DNA of 64,000 nucleotides from the human T2T-CHM13v2.0 reference genome, Homo sapiens. The stretch is from assembly GCF_009914755.1 (NCBI RefSeq), contig NC_060925.1; one strand, given 5' to 3'. Below the pieces are notes generated by a model, which did not search any database, was not told the origin of the DNA, and saw only the letters and a list, made by a program, of their open reading frames with translations. Shown piece by piece: positions 29,517-44,618 of this stretch (positions within the stretch are counted from its first letter, which is position 1; each line of letters begins with the position of its first letter). The position numbers and the translations under genes were made by a program.

Positions 29517-32500
29517 ATGGAATCGTCATCGAATGAATTGAATGCAATCATCGAATGGTCTCGAATGGAATCATCTTCTAATGGAAAGGAATGGAATCAT
29601 CGCATAGAATCGAATGGAATTATCATCGAATGGAATCGAATGGTATCAACACCAAACGGAAAAAAACGGAATTATCGAATGGAATCGAAGAGAATCTTCG
29701 AACGGACCCGAATGGAATCATCTAATGGAATGGAATGGAATAATCCATGGACTCGAATGCAATCATCATCGAATGGAATCGAATGGAATCATCGAATGGA
29801 CTCGAATGGAATAATCATTGAACGGAATCGAATGGAATCATCATCGGATGGAAACGAATGGAATCATCATCGAATGGAAATGAAAGGAGTCATCATCTAA
29901 TGGAATTGCATGGAATCATCATAAAATGGAATCGAATGGAATCAACATCAAATGGAATCAAATGGAATCATTGAACGGAATTGAATGGAATCGTCATCGA
30001 ATGAATTGACTGCAATCATCGAATGGTCTCGAATGGAATCAACTTCAAATGGAATGGAATGGAATCATCGCATAGAATCGAATGGAATTATCATCGAATG
30101 GAATCGAATGGAATCAACATCAAACGGAAAAAAACGGAATTATCGAATGGAATCGAAGAGAATCATCGAATGGACCCGAATGGAATCATCTAATGGAATG
30201 GAATGGAATAATCCATGGACTCGAATGCAATCATCATCGAATGGAATCGAATGGAATCATCGAATGGACTCGAATGGAATAATCATTGAACGGAATCGAA
30301 TGGAATCATCATCGGATGGAAATGAATGGAATCATCATCGAATGGAATCGAATAGAATTATGGAATGAAATCCAGTGTGATCATCATCGAATGGACCCGA
30401 ATGGAATCATCATCCAACGGAAGCTAATGGAATCAACATCGAATGAATCGAATGGAAACACCATCGAATTGAAACGAATGGAATTATCATGAAATTGAAA
30501 TGGATGGACTCATCATCGAATGGATTCGAATGGAATCATCGAATAAAATTGATTGAAATCATCATCCAATGGAATCGAATGGTATCATTGAATGGAATCG
30601 AATGGAATCATCATCAGATGGAAATGAATGGAATCGTCATAGAATGGAATCGAATGGATTCATTGAATGGAATCAGATGGAATCATCGAATGGACTGGAA
30701 TGGAATCATTGAATGGACTCGAAAGGGATCATTATTGAATGGAATTGAATGGAATCATCGAATGGTCTCGATTGGAATCATTATCAAATGGAATCGAATG
30801 GAATCACCGAATAGAATCGAATGGAACAATCATCGAATGGACTCAAATGGAATTATCCTCCAATGGAATTGAATGGAATTATCGAATGCAATCGAATGGA
30901 ATTATCGAATGCAATCGAATAGAATCATCGAATGGACTCGAATGGAATCATCGAATGGAATGGAATGGAACAGTCAATGAACTCGAATGGAATCATCATT
31001 GAATGGAATCGAATGGAATGATCGAGTGGAATCGAAAGAAATTATGATCAAATGGAAGCGAACGTAATCATCATCAAATGGAATCAAAAATAACCATCAT
31101 CAATTGGTATTGAATGGAATTGTCATCAAATGGAATTCAAAGGAATCATCATCAAATGGAACCGAATGGAATCCTCATTGAATGGAAATGAAAGGGGTCA
31201 TCATCTAATGGAATCGCATGGAATCATCATCAAATGGAATCGAATGGAATCATCATCAAATGGAATCTAATGGAATCATTGAACAGAATTGAATGGAATC
31301 GTCATCGAATGAATTGAATGCAATCATCGAATGGTCTCGAATGGAATCATCTTCTAATGGAAAGGAATGGAATCATCGCATAGAATCGAATGGAATTATC
31401 ATCGAATGGAATCGAATGGTATCAACACCAAACGGAAAAAAACGGAATTATCGAATGGAATCGAAGAGAATCTTCGAACGGACCCGAATGGAATCATCTA
31501 ATGGAATGGAATGGAATAATCCATGGACTCGAATGCAATCATCATCGAATGGAATGGAATGGAATCATCGAATGGACTCGAATGGAATAATCATTGAACG
31601 GAATCGAATGGAATCATCATCGGATGGAAACGAATGGAATCATCATCGAATGGAAATGAAAGGAGTCATCATCTAATGGAATTGCATGGAATCATCATAA
31701 AATGGAATCGAATGGAATCAACATCAAATGGAATCAAATGGAATCATTGAACGAAATTGAATGGAATCGTCATCGAATGAATTGAATGCAATCATCGAAT
31801 GGTCTCGAATGGAATCATCTTCAAATGGAATGGAATGGAATCATCGCATAGAATCGAATGGAATTATCATCGAATGGAATCGAATGGAATCAACATCAAA
31901 CGGAAAAAAACGGAATTATCGAATGGAATCGAAGAGAATCATCGAATGGACCCGAATGGAATCATCTAATGGAATGGAATGGAATAATCCATGGACTCGA
32001 ATGCAATCATCATCGAATGGAATCGAATGGAATCATCGAATGGACTCGAATGGAATAATCATTGAACGGAATCGAATGGAATCATCATCGGATGGAAATG
32101 AATGGAATCATCATCGAATGGAATCGAATAGAATTATGGAATGAAATCCAGTGTGATCATCATCGAATGGACCCGAATGGAATCATCATCCAACGGAAGC
32201 TAATGGAATCAACATCGAATGAATCGAATGGAAACACCATCGAATTGTAACGAATGGAATTATCATGAAATTGAAATGGATGGACTCATCATCGAATGGA
32301 TTCGAATGGAATCATCGAATAAAATTGATTGAAATCATCATCCAATGGAATCGAATGGTATCATTGAATGGAATCGAATGGAATCATCATCAGATGGAAA
32401 TGAATGGAATCGTCATAGAATGGAATCGAATGGATTCATTGAATGGAATCAGATGGAATCATCGAATGGACTGGAATGGAATCATTGAATGGACTCGAAA

Positions 32501-35500
32501 GGGATCATTATTGAATGGAATTGAATGGAATCATCGAATGGTCTCGATTGGAATCATTATCAAATGGAATGGAATGGAATCACCGAATAGAATCGAATGG
32601 AACAATCATCGAATGGACTCAAATGGAATTATCCTCCAATGGAATCGAATGGAATTATCGAATGCAATCGAATGGAATTATCGAATGCAATCGAATAGAA
32701 TCATCGAATGGACTCGAATGGAATCATCGAATGGAATGGAATGGAACAGTCAATGAACTCGAATGGAATCATCATTGAATGGAATCGAATGGAATCATCG
32801 AGTGGAATCGAATGGAATTATGATCAAATGGAATCGAATGTAATCCTCATCAAATGGAATCAAAAATAACCATCATCAATTGGTATTGAATGGAATTGTC
32901 ATCAAATGGAATTCAAAGGAATCATCATCAAATGGAACCGAATGGAATCCTCATTGAATGGAAATGAAAGGGGTCATCATCTAATGGAATCGCATGGAAT
33001 CATCATCAAATGGAATCGAATGGAATCATCATCAAATGGAATCTAATGGAATCATTGAACAGAATTGAATGGAATCGTCATCGAATGAATTGAATGCAAT
33101 CATCGAATGGTCTCGAATGGAATCATCTTCTAATGGAAAGGAATGGAATCATCGCATAGAATCGAATGGAATTATCATCGAATGGAATCGAATGGTATCA
33201 ACATCAAACGGAAAAAAACGGAATTATCGAATGGAATCGAAGAGAATCTTCGAACGGACCCGAATGGAATCATCTAATGGAATGGAATGGAATAATCCAT
33301 GGACTCGAATGCAATCATCATCGAATGGAATGGAATGGAATCATCGAATGGACTCGAATGGAATAATCATTGAACGGAATCGAATGGAATCATCATCGGA
33401 TGGAAACGAATGGAATCATCATCGAATGGAAATGAAAGGAGTCATCATCTAATGGAATTGCATGGAATCATCATAAAATGGAATCGAATGGAATCAACAT
33501 CAAATGGAATCAAATGGAATCATTGAACGGAATTGAATGGAATCGTCATCGAATGAATTGACTGCAATCATCGAATGGTCTCGAATGGAATCATCTTCAA
33601 ATGGAATGGAATGGAATCATCGCATAGAATCGAATGGAATTATCATCGAATGGAATCGAATGGAATCAACATCAAACGGAAAAAAACGGAATTATCGAAT
33701 GGAATCGAAGAGAATCATCGAATGGACCCGAATGGAATCATCTAATGGAATGGAATGGAATAATCCATGGACTCGAATGCAATCATCATCGAATGGAATC
33801 GAATGGAATCATCGAATGGACTCGAATGGAATAATCATTGAACGGAATCGAATGGAATCATCATCGGATGGAAATGAATGGAATCATCATCGAATGGAAT
33901 CGAATAGAATTATGGAATGAAATCCAGTGTGATCATCATCGAATGGACCCGAATGGAATCATCATCCAACGGAAGCTAATGGAATCAACATCGAATGAAT
34001 CGAATGGAAACACCATCGAATTGAAACGAATGGAATTATCATGAAATTGAAATGGATGGACTCATCATCGAATGGATTCGAATGGAATCATCGAATAAAA
34101 TTGATTCAAATCATCATCCAATGGAATCGAATGGTATCATTGAATGGAATCGAATGGAATCATCATCAGATGGAAATGAATGGAATCGTCATAGAATGGA
34201 ATCGAATGGATTCATTGAATGGAATCAGATGGAATCATCGAATGGACTGGAATGGAATCATTGAATGGACTCGAAAGGGATCATTATTGAATGGAATTGA
34301 ATGGAATCATCGAATGGTCTCGATTGGAATCATTATCAAATGGAATGGAATGGAATCACCGAATAGAATCGAATGGAACAATCATCGAATGGACTCAAAT
34401 GGAATTATCCTCCAATGGAATCGAATGGAATTATCGAATGCAATCGAATGGAATTATCGAATGCAATCGAATAGAATCATCGAATGGACTCGAATGGAAT
34501 CATCGAATGGAATGGAATGGAACAGTCAATGAACTCGAATGGAATCATCATTGAATGGAATCGAATGGAATCATCGAGTGGAATCGAATGGAATTATGAT
34601 CAAATGGAATCGAATGTAATCCTCATCAAATGGAATCAAAAATAACCATCATCAATTGGTATTGAATGGAATTGTCATCAAATGGAATTCAAAGGAATCA
34701 TCATCAAATGGAACCGAATGGAATCCTCATTGAATGGAAATGAAAGGGGTCATCATCTAATGGAATCGCATGGAATCATCATCAAATGGAATCGAATGGA
34801 ATCATCATCAAATGGAATCTAATGGAATCATTGAACAGAATTGAATGGAATCGTCATCGAATGAATTGAATGCAATCATCGAATGGTCTCGAATGGAATC
34901 ATCTTCTAATGGAAAGGAATGGAATCATCGCATAGAATCGAATGGAATTATCATCGAATGGAATCGAATGGTATCAACATCAAACGGAAAAAAACGGAAT
35001 TATCGAATGGAATCGAAGAGAATCTTCGAACGGACCCGAATGGAATCATCTAATGGAATGGAATGGAATAATCCATGGACTCGAATGCAATCATCATCGA
35101 ATGGAATGGAATGGAATCATCGAATGGACTCGAATGGAATAATCATTGAACGGAATCGAATGGAATCATCATCGGATGGAAACGAATGGAATCATCATCG
35201 AATGGAAATGAAAGGAGTCATCATCTAATGGAATTGCATGGAATCATCATAAAATGGAATCGAATGGAATCAACATCAAATAGAATCAAATGGAATCATT
35301 GAACGGAATTGAATGGAATCGTCATCGAATGAATTGACTGCAATCATCGAATGGTCTCGAATGGAATCATCTTCAAATGGAATGGAATGGAATCATCGCA
35401 TAGAATCGAATGGAATTATCATCGAATGGAATCGAATGGAATCAACATCAAACGGAAAAAAACGGAATTATCGAATGGAATCGAAGAGAATCATCGAATG

Positions 35501-37566
35501 GACCCGAATGGAATCATCTAATGGAATGGAATGGAATAATCCATGGACTCGAATGCAATCATCATCGAATGGAATCGAATGGAATCATCGAATGGACTCG
35601 AATGGAATAATCATTGAACGGAATCGAATGGAATCATCATCGGATGGAAATGAATGGAATCATCATCGAATGGAATCGAATAGAATTATGGAATGAAATC
35701 CAGTGTGATCATCATCGAATGGACCCGAATGGAATCATCATCCAACGGAAGCTAATGGAATCAACATCGAATGAATCGAATGGAAACACCATCGAATTGA
35801 AACGAATGGAATTATCATGAAATTGAAATGGATGGACTCATCATCGAATGGATTCGAATGGAATCATCGAATAAAATTGATTGAAATCATCATCCAATGG
35901 AATCGAATGGTATCATTGAATGGAATCGAATGGAATCATCATCAGATGGAAATGAATGGAATCGTCATAGAATGGAATCGAATGGATTCATTGAATGGAA
36001 TCAGATGGAATCATCGAATGGACTGGAATGGAATCATTGAATGGACTCGAAAGGGATCATTATTGAATGGAATTGAATGGAATCATCGAATGGTCTCGAT
36101 TGGAATCATTATCAAATGGAATGGAATGGAATCACCGAATAGAATCGAATGGAAAAATCATCGAATGGACTCAAATGGAATTATCCTCCAATGGAATCGA
36201 ATGGAATTATCGAATGCAATCGAATGGAATTATCGAATGCAATCGAATAGAATCATCGAATGGACTCGAATGGAATCATCGAATGGAATGGAATGGAACA
36301 GTCAATGAACTCGAATGGAATCATCATTGAATGGAATCGAATGGAATCATCGAGTGGAATCGAATGGAATTATGATCAAATGGAATCGAATGTAATCCTC
36401 ATCAAATGGAATCAAAAATAACCATCATCAATTGGTATTGAATGGAATTGTCATCAAATGGAATTCAAAGGAATCATCATCAAATGGAACCGAATGGAAT
36501 CCTCATTGAATGGAAATGAAAGGGGTCATCATCTAATGGAATCGCATGGAATCATCATCAAATGGAATCGAATGGAATCATCATCAAATGGAATCTAATG
36601 GAATCATTGAACAGAATTGAATGGAATCGTCATCGAATGAATTGAATGCAATCATCGAATGGTCTCGAATGGAATCATCTTCTAATGGAAAGGAATGGAA
36701 TCATCGCATAGAATCGAATGGAATTATCATCGAATGGAATCGAATGGTATCAACACCAAACGGAAAAAAACGGAATTATCGAATGGAATCGAAGAGAATC
36801 TTCGAACGGACCCGAATGGAATCATCTAATGGAATGGAATGGAATAATCCATGGACTCGAATGCAATCATCATCGAATGGAATCGAATGGAATCATCGAA
36901 TGGACTCGAATGGAATAATCATTGAACGGAATCGAATGGAATCATCATCGGATGGAAACGAATGGAATCATCATCGAATGGAAATGAAAGGAGTCATCAT
37001 CTAATGGAATTGCATGGAATCATCATAAAATGGAATCGAATGGAATCAACATCAAATGGAATCAAATGGAATCATTGAATGGAATTGAATGAAATCGTCA
37101 TCGAATGAATTGAATGCAATCATCGAATGGTCTCGAATGGAATCATCTTCAAATGGAATGGAATGGAATCATCGCATAGAATCGAATGGAATTATCATCG
37201 AATGGAATCGAATGGAATCAACATCAAACGGAAAAAAAAGTAATTATCGAATGGAATCGAAGAGAATCATCGAATGGACCCGAATGGAATCATCTAATGG
37301 AATGGAATGGAATAATCCATGGACTCGAATGCAATCATCATCGAATGGAATCGAATGTAATCATCGAATGGACTCGAATGGAATAATCATTGAACGGAAT
37401 CGAATGGAATCATCATCGAATGGAATCGAATAGAATTATGGAATGAAATCCAGTGTGATCATCATCGAATGGACCCGAATGGAATCATCATCCAACGGAA
37501 GCTAATGGAATCAACATCGAATGAATCAAATGGAAACTCCATCGAATTGAAACGAATGGAATTACC

Positions 37567-40182
37567 ATGAAATTGAAATGGATGGACTCATCATCAAATG
37601 GATTCGAGTGGAATCATCGAATAAAATTGATTGAAATCATCATCGAATGGAATCGAATGGTATCATTGAATGGAATCGAATGGAATCATCATCAGATGGA
37701 AATGAAAGGAATCGTCATAAAATGGAATCGAATGGATTCATTGAATGGAATCAGATGGAATCATTGAATGGACTGGAATGGAATCATTGAATGGACTCGA
37801 AAGGGATCATGATTGAATGGAATTGAATGGAATCATCGAATGGTCTCGATTGGAATCATTATCAAATGGAATCGAATGGAATCACCGAATAGAATCGAAT
37901 GGAACAATCATCTAATGGACTCAAATGGAATTATCCTCAAATGGAATCGAATGGAATTATCGAATGCAATCGAATGGAATTATCGAATGCAATCGAAGAG
38001 AATCATCGAATGGACTCGAATGGAATCATCGAATGGAATGGAATGGAACAGTCAATGAACTCGAATGGAATCATCATTGAATGGAATCGAATGGAATCAT
38101 CGAGTGGAATCGAATGGAATTATGATCAAATGGAATCGAATGTAATCATCATCAAATGGAATCAAAAATAACCATCATCAATTGGTATTGAATGGAATTC
38201 TCATCAAATGGAATTCAAAGGAATCATCATCAAATGGAACCGAATGGAATCCTCATTGAATGGAAATGAAAGGGGTCATCATCTAATGGAATCGCATGGA
38301 ATCATCATCAAATGGAATCGAATGGAATCAACATCAAATGGAATCTAATGGAATCATTGAACGGAATTGAATGGAATCGTCATCGAATGAATTGAATGCA
38401 ATCATCGAATGGTCTCGAATGGAATCATCTTCAAATGGAATGGAATGGAATCATCGCATAGAATCGAATGGAATTATCATCGAATGGAATCGAATGGAAT
38501 CAACATCAAACGGAAAAAAACGGAATTATCGAATGGAATCGAAGAGAATCATCGAATGGACCCGAATGGAATCATCTAATGGAATGGAATGGAATAATCC
38601 ATGGACTCGAATGCAATCATCATCGAATGGAATCGAATGGAATCATCGAATGGACTCGAATGGAATAATCATTGAACGGAATCGAATGGAATCATCATCG
38701 GATGGAAACGAATGGAATCATCATCGAATGGAATCGAATAGATTTATGGAATGAAATCCAGTGTGATCATCATCGAATGGACCCGAATGGAATCATCATC
38801 CAACGGAAGCTAATGGAATCAACATCGAATGAATGAAATGGAAACACCATCGAATTGAAACGAATGGAATTACCATGAAATTGAAATGGATGGACTCATC
38901 ATCAAATGGATTCGAATGGAATCATCGAATAAAATTGATTGAAATCATCATCGAATGGAATCGAATGGTATCATTGAATGGAATCGAATGGAATCATCAT
39001 CAGAAGGAAATGAATGGAATCGTCATAGAATGGAATCGAATGGATTCATTGAATGGAATCAGATGGAATCAATGAATGGACTGGAATGGAATCATTGAAT
39101 GGACTCGAAAGGGATCATTATTGAATGGAATTGAATGGAATCATCGAATGGTCTCGATTGGAATCATTATCAAATGGAATCGAATGGAATCACCGAATAG
39201 AATCGAATGGAACAATCATCGAATGGACTCAAATGGAATTATCCTCAAATGGAATCGAATGGAATTATCGAATGCAATCGAATGGAATTATCGAATGCAA
39301 TCGAATAGAATCATCGAATGGACTCGAATGGAATCATCGAATGGAATGGAATGGAACAGTCAATGAACTCGAATGGAATCATCATTGAATGGAATCGAAT
39401 GGAATCATCGAGTGGAATCGAATGGAATTATGATCAAATGGAATGGAATGTAATCATCATCAAATGGAATCAAAAATAACCATCATCAATTGGTATTGAA
39501 TGGAATTGTCATCAAATGGAATTCAAAGGAATCATCATCAAATGGAACCGAATGGAATCCTCATTGAATGGAAATGAAAGGGGTCATCATCTAATGGAAT
39601 CGCATGGAATCATCATCAAATGGAATCGAATGGAATCATCATCAAATGGAATCTAATGGAATCATTGAAAAGAATTGAATGGAATCGTCATCGAATGAAT
39701 TGAATGCAATCATCGAATGGTCTCGAATGGAATCATCTTCTAATGGAAAGGAATGGAATCATCGCATAGAATCGAATGGAATTATCATCGAATGGAATCG
39801 AATGGTATCAACACCAAACGGAAAAAAACGGAATTATCGAATGGAATCGAAGAGAATCTTCGAACGGACCCGAATGGAATCATCTAATGGAATGGAATGG
39901 AATAATCCATGGACTCGAATGCAGTCATCATCGAATGGAATCGAATGGAATCATCGAATGGACTCGAATGGAATAATCATTGAACGGAATCGAATGGAAT
40001 CATCATCGGATGGAAATGAATGGAATCATCATCGAATGGAATCGAATAGAATTATGGAATGAAATCCAGTGTGATCATCATCGAATGGACCCGAATGGAA
40101 TCTTCATCCAACGGAAGCTAATGGAATCAACATCGAATGAATCGAATGGAAACACCATCGAATTGAAACGAAAGGAATTATC
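37567..40182 (+). repeat. Two adjacent 1308-bp units, each with a single 468-bp subunit
   Basis: Landmarks at 37567, 38875 and 40183 are 1308 bp apart (1776-468). Confidence 0.9.
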
Positions 40183-43100
40183 ATGAAATTGAAATGGATG
40201 GACTCATCATCGAATGGATTCGAATGGAATCATCGAATAAAAGTGATTGAAATCATCATCGAATGGAATCGAATGGTATCATTGAATGGAATCGAATGGA
40301 ATCATCATCAGATGGAAATGAATGGAATCGTCATAGAATGGAATCGAATGGATTCATTGAATGGAATCAGATGGAATCATTGAATGGACTGGAATGGAAT
40401 CATTGAATGGACTCGAAAGGGATCATTATTGAATGGAATTGAATGGAATCATCGAATGGTCTCGATTGGAATCATTATCAAATGGAATCGAATGGAATCA
40501 CCGAATAGAATCGAATGGAACAATCATCGAATGGACTCAAATGGAATTATCCTCCAATGGAATCGAATGGAATTATCGAATGCAATCGAATGGAATTATC
40601 GAATGCAATCGAATAGAATCATCGAATGGACTCGAATGGAATCATCGAATGGAATGGAATGGAACAGTCAATGAACTCGAATGGAATCATCATTGAATGG
40701 AATCGAATGGAATCATCGAGTGGAATCGAAAGGAATTATGACCAAATGGAATCGAATGTAATCATCATCAAAGGGAATCAAAAATAACCATCATCAGTTG
40801 GTATTGAATGGAATTGTCATCAAATGGAATTCAAAGGAATCATCATCAAATGGAACCGAATGGAATCCTCATTTAATGGAAATGAAAGGGGTCATCATCT
40901 AATGGAATCGCATGGAATCATCATCAAATGGAATCGAATGGAATCATCATCAAATGGAATCAAATGGAATCATTGAACAGAATTGAATGGAATGGTCATC
41001 GAATGAGTTGAATGCAATCATCGAATTGTCTCGAATGGAATCATCTTCTAATGGAAAGGAATGGAATCATCGCATAGAATCGAATGGAATTATCATCGAA
41101 TGGAATCGAATGGTATCAACACCAAACGGAAAAAAACGGAATTATCGAATGGAATCGAAGAGAATCTTCGAACGGACCCGAATGGAATCATCTAATGGAA
41201 TGGAATGGAATAATCCATGGACTCGAATGCAATCATCATCGAATGGAATCGAATGGAATCATCGAATGGACTCGAATGGAATAATCATTGAACGGAATCG
41301 AATGGAATCATCATCGGATGGAAACGAATGGAATCATCATCGAATGGAAATGAAAGGAGTCATCATCTAATGGAATTGCATGGAATCATCATAAAATGGA
41401 ATCGAATGGAATCAACATCAAATGGAATCAAATGGAATCATTGAACGGAATTGAATGGAATCGTCATCGAATGAATTGAATGCAATCATCGAATGGTCTC
41501 GAATGGAATCATCTTCAAATGGAATGGAATGGAATCATCGCATAGAATCGAATGGAATTATCATCGAATGGAATCGAATGGAATCAACATCAAACGGAAA
41601 AAAACGGAATTATCGAATGGAATCGAAGAGAATCATCGAATGGACCCGAATGGAATCATCTAATGGAATGGAATGGAATAATCCATGGACTCGAATGCAA
41701 TCATCATCGAATGGAATCGAATGGAATCATCGAATGGACTCGAATGGAATAATCATTGAACGGAATCGAATGGAATCATCATCGGATGGAAATGAAAGGA
41801 GTCATCATCTAATGGAATTGCATGGAATCATCATAAAATGGAATCGAATGGAATCAACATCAAATGGAATCAAATGGAATCATTGAACGGAATTGAATGG
41901 AATCGTCATCGAATGAATTGAAAGCAATCATCGAATGGTCTCGAATGGAATCATCTTCAAATGGAATGGAATGGAATCATCGCATAGAATCAAATGGAAT
42001 TATCATCGAATGGAATCGAATGGAATCAACATCAAACGGAAAAAAACGGAATTATCGAATGGAATCGAAGAGAATCATCGAATGGACCCGAATGGAATCA
42101 TCTAATGGAATGGAATGGAATAATCCATGGACTCGAATGCAATCATCATCGAATGGAATCGAATGGAATCATCGAATGGACTCGAATGGAATAATCATTG
42201 AACGGAATCGAATGGAATCATCATCGGATGGAAATGAATGGAATCATCATCGAATGGAATCGAATAGAATTATGGAATGAAATCCAGTGTGATCATCATC
42301 GAATGGACCCGAATGGAATCATCATCCAACGGAAGCTAATGGAATCAACATCGAATGAATCAAATGGAAACACCATCGAATTGAAACGAATGGAATTACC
42401 ATGAAATTGAAATGGATGGACTCATCATCGAATGGATTCGAATGGAATCATCGAATAAAATTGATTGAAATCATCATCGAATGGAATCGAATGGTATCAT
42501 TGAATGGAATCGAATGCAATCATCATCAGATGGAAATGAATGGAATCGTCATAGAATGGAATCGAATGGATTCATTGAATGGAATCAGATGGAATCATCG
42601 AATGGACTGGAATGGAATCATTGAATGGACTCGAAAGGGATCATTATTGAATGGAATTGAATGGAATCATCGAATGGTCTCGATTGGAATCATTATCAAA
42701 TGGAATCGAATGGAATCACCGAATAGAATCGAATGGAACAATCATCGAATGGACACAAATGGAATTATCCTCAAATGGAATCGAATGGAATTATCGAATG
42801 CAATCGAATGGAATTATCGAATGCAATCGAATAGAATCATCGAATGGACTCGAATGGAATCATCGAATGGAATGCAATGGAACAGTCAATGAACTCGAAT
42901 GGAATCATCATTGAATGGAATCGAATGGAATCATCGAGTGGAATCGAATGTAATCATCATCAAATGGAATCAAAAATAACCATCATCAAATGGAATCAAA
43001 AATAACCATCATCAATTGGTATTGAATGGAATTCTCATCAAATGGAATTCAAAGGAATCATCATCAAATGGAACCGAATGGAATCCTCATTGAATGGAAA

Positions 43101-44618
43101 TGAAAGGGGTCATCATCTAATGGAATCACATGGAATCATCATCAAATTGAATCGAATGGAATCATCATCAAATGGAATCTAATGGAATCATTAAACAGAA
43201 TTGAATGGAATCGTCATCGAATGAATTGAATGCAATCATCGAATGGTCTCGAATGGAATCATCTTCTAATGGAAAGGAATGGAATCATCGCATAGAAACG
43301 AATTGAATTATCATCGAATGGAATCGAATGGTATCAACACCAAACGGAAAAAAACGGAATTATCGAATGGAATCGAAGAGAATCTTCGAACGGACCCGAA
43401 TGGAATCATCTAATGGAATGGAATGGAATAATCCATGGACTCGAATGCAATGATCATCGAATGGAATCCAATGGAATCATCGAATGGACTGGAATGGAAT
43501 AATCATTGAACGGAATTGAATTGAATCATCATCGGATGGAAACGAATGGAATCATCATCGAATGGAAATGAAAGGAGTCATCATCTAATGGAATTGCATG
43601 GAATCATCATAAAATGGAATCGAATGGAATCAACATCAAATGGAATCAAATGGAATCATTGAACGGAATTGAATGGAATCGTCATCGAATAAATTGAATG
43701 CAATCATCGAATGGTCTCGAATGGAATCATCTTCAAATGGAATGGAATGGAATCATCGCATAGAATCGAATGGAATTATCATCGAATGGAATCGAATGGA
43801 ATCAACATCAAACGGAAAAAAACGGAATTATCGAATGGAATCGAAGAGAATCATCGAATGGACCCGAATGGAATCATCTAATGGAATGGAATGGAATAAT
43901 CCATGGACTCGAATGCAATCATCATCGAATGGAATCGAATGGAATCATCGAATGGACTCGAATGGAATAATCATTGAACGGAATCGAATGGAATCAATAT
44001 CGGATGGAAATGAAAGGAGTCATCATCTAATGGAATGGCATGGAATCATCATAAAATGGAATCGAATGGAATCAACATCAAATGGAATCAAATGGAATCA
44101 TTGAACGGAATTGAATGGAATCGTCATCGAATGAATTGAATGCAATCATCGAATGGTCTCGAATGGAATCATCTTCAAATGGAATGGAATGGAATCATCG
44201 CATAGAATCGAATGGAATTATCATCGAATGGAATCGAATGGAATCAACATCAAACGGAAAAAAACGGAATTATCGAATGGAATCGAAGAGAATCATCGAA
44301 TGGACCCGAATGGAATCATCTAATGGAATGGAATGGAATAATCCATGGACTCGAATGCAATCATCATCGAATGGAATCGAATGGAATCATCCAATGGACT
44401 CGAATGGAATAATCATTGAACGGAATCGAATGGAATCATCATCGGATGCAAATGAATGGAATCATCATCGAATGGAATCGAATAGAATTATGGAATGAAA
44501 TCCAGTGTGATCATCATCGAATGGACCCGAATGGAATCATCATCCAACGGATGCTAATGGAATCAACATCGAATGAATCAAATGGAAACACCATCGAATT
44601 GAAACGTATGGAATTACC
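40183..44618 (+). repeat. Two adjacent 2218-bp units (1776+442), three subunits each
   Basis: Landmarks are at 40183, 42401 and 44619. Subunit starts are 40987/41455/41897 and ~43205/43673/44115. Confidence 0.9.
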
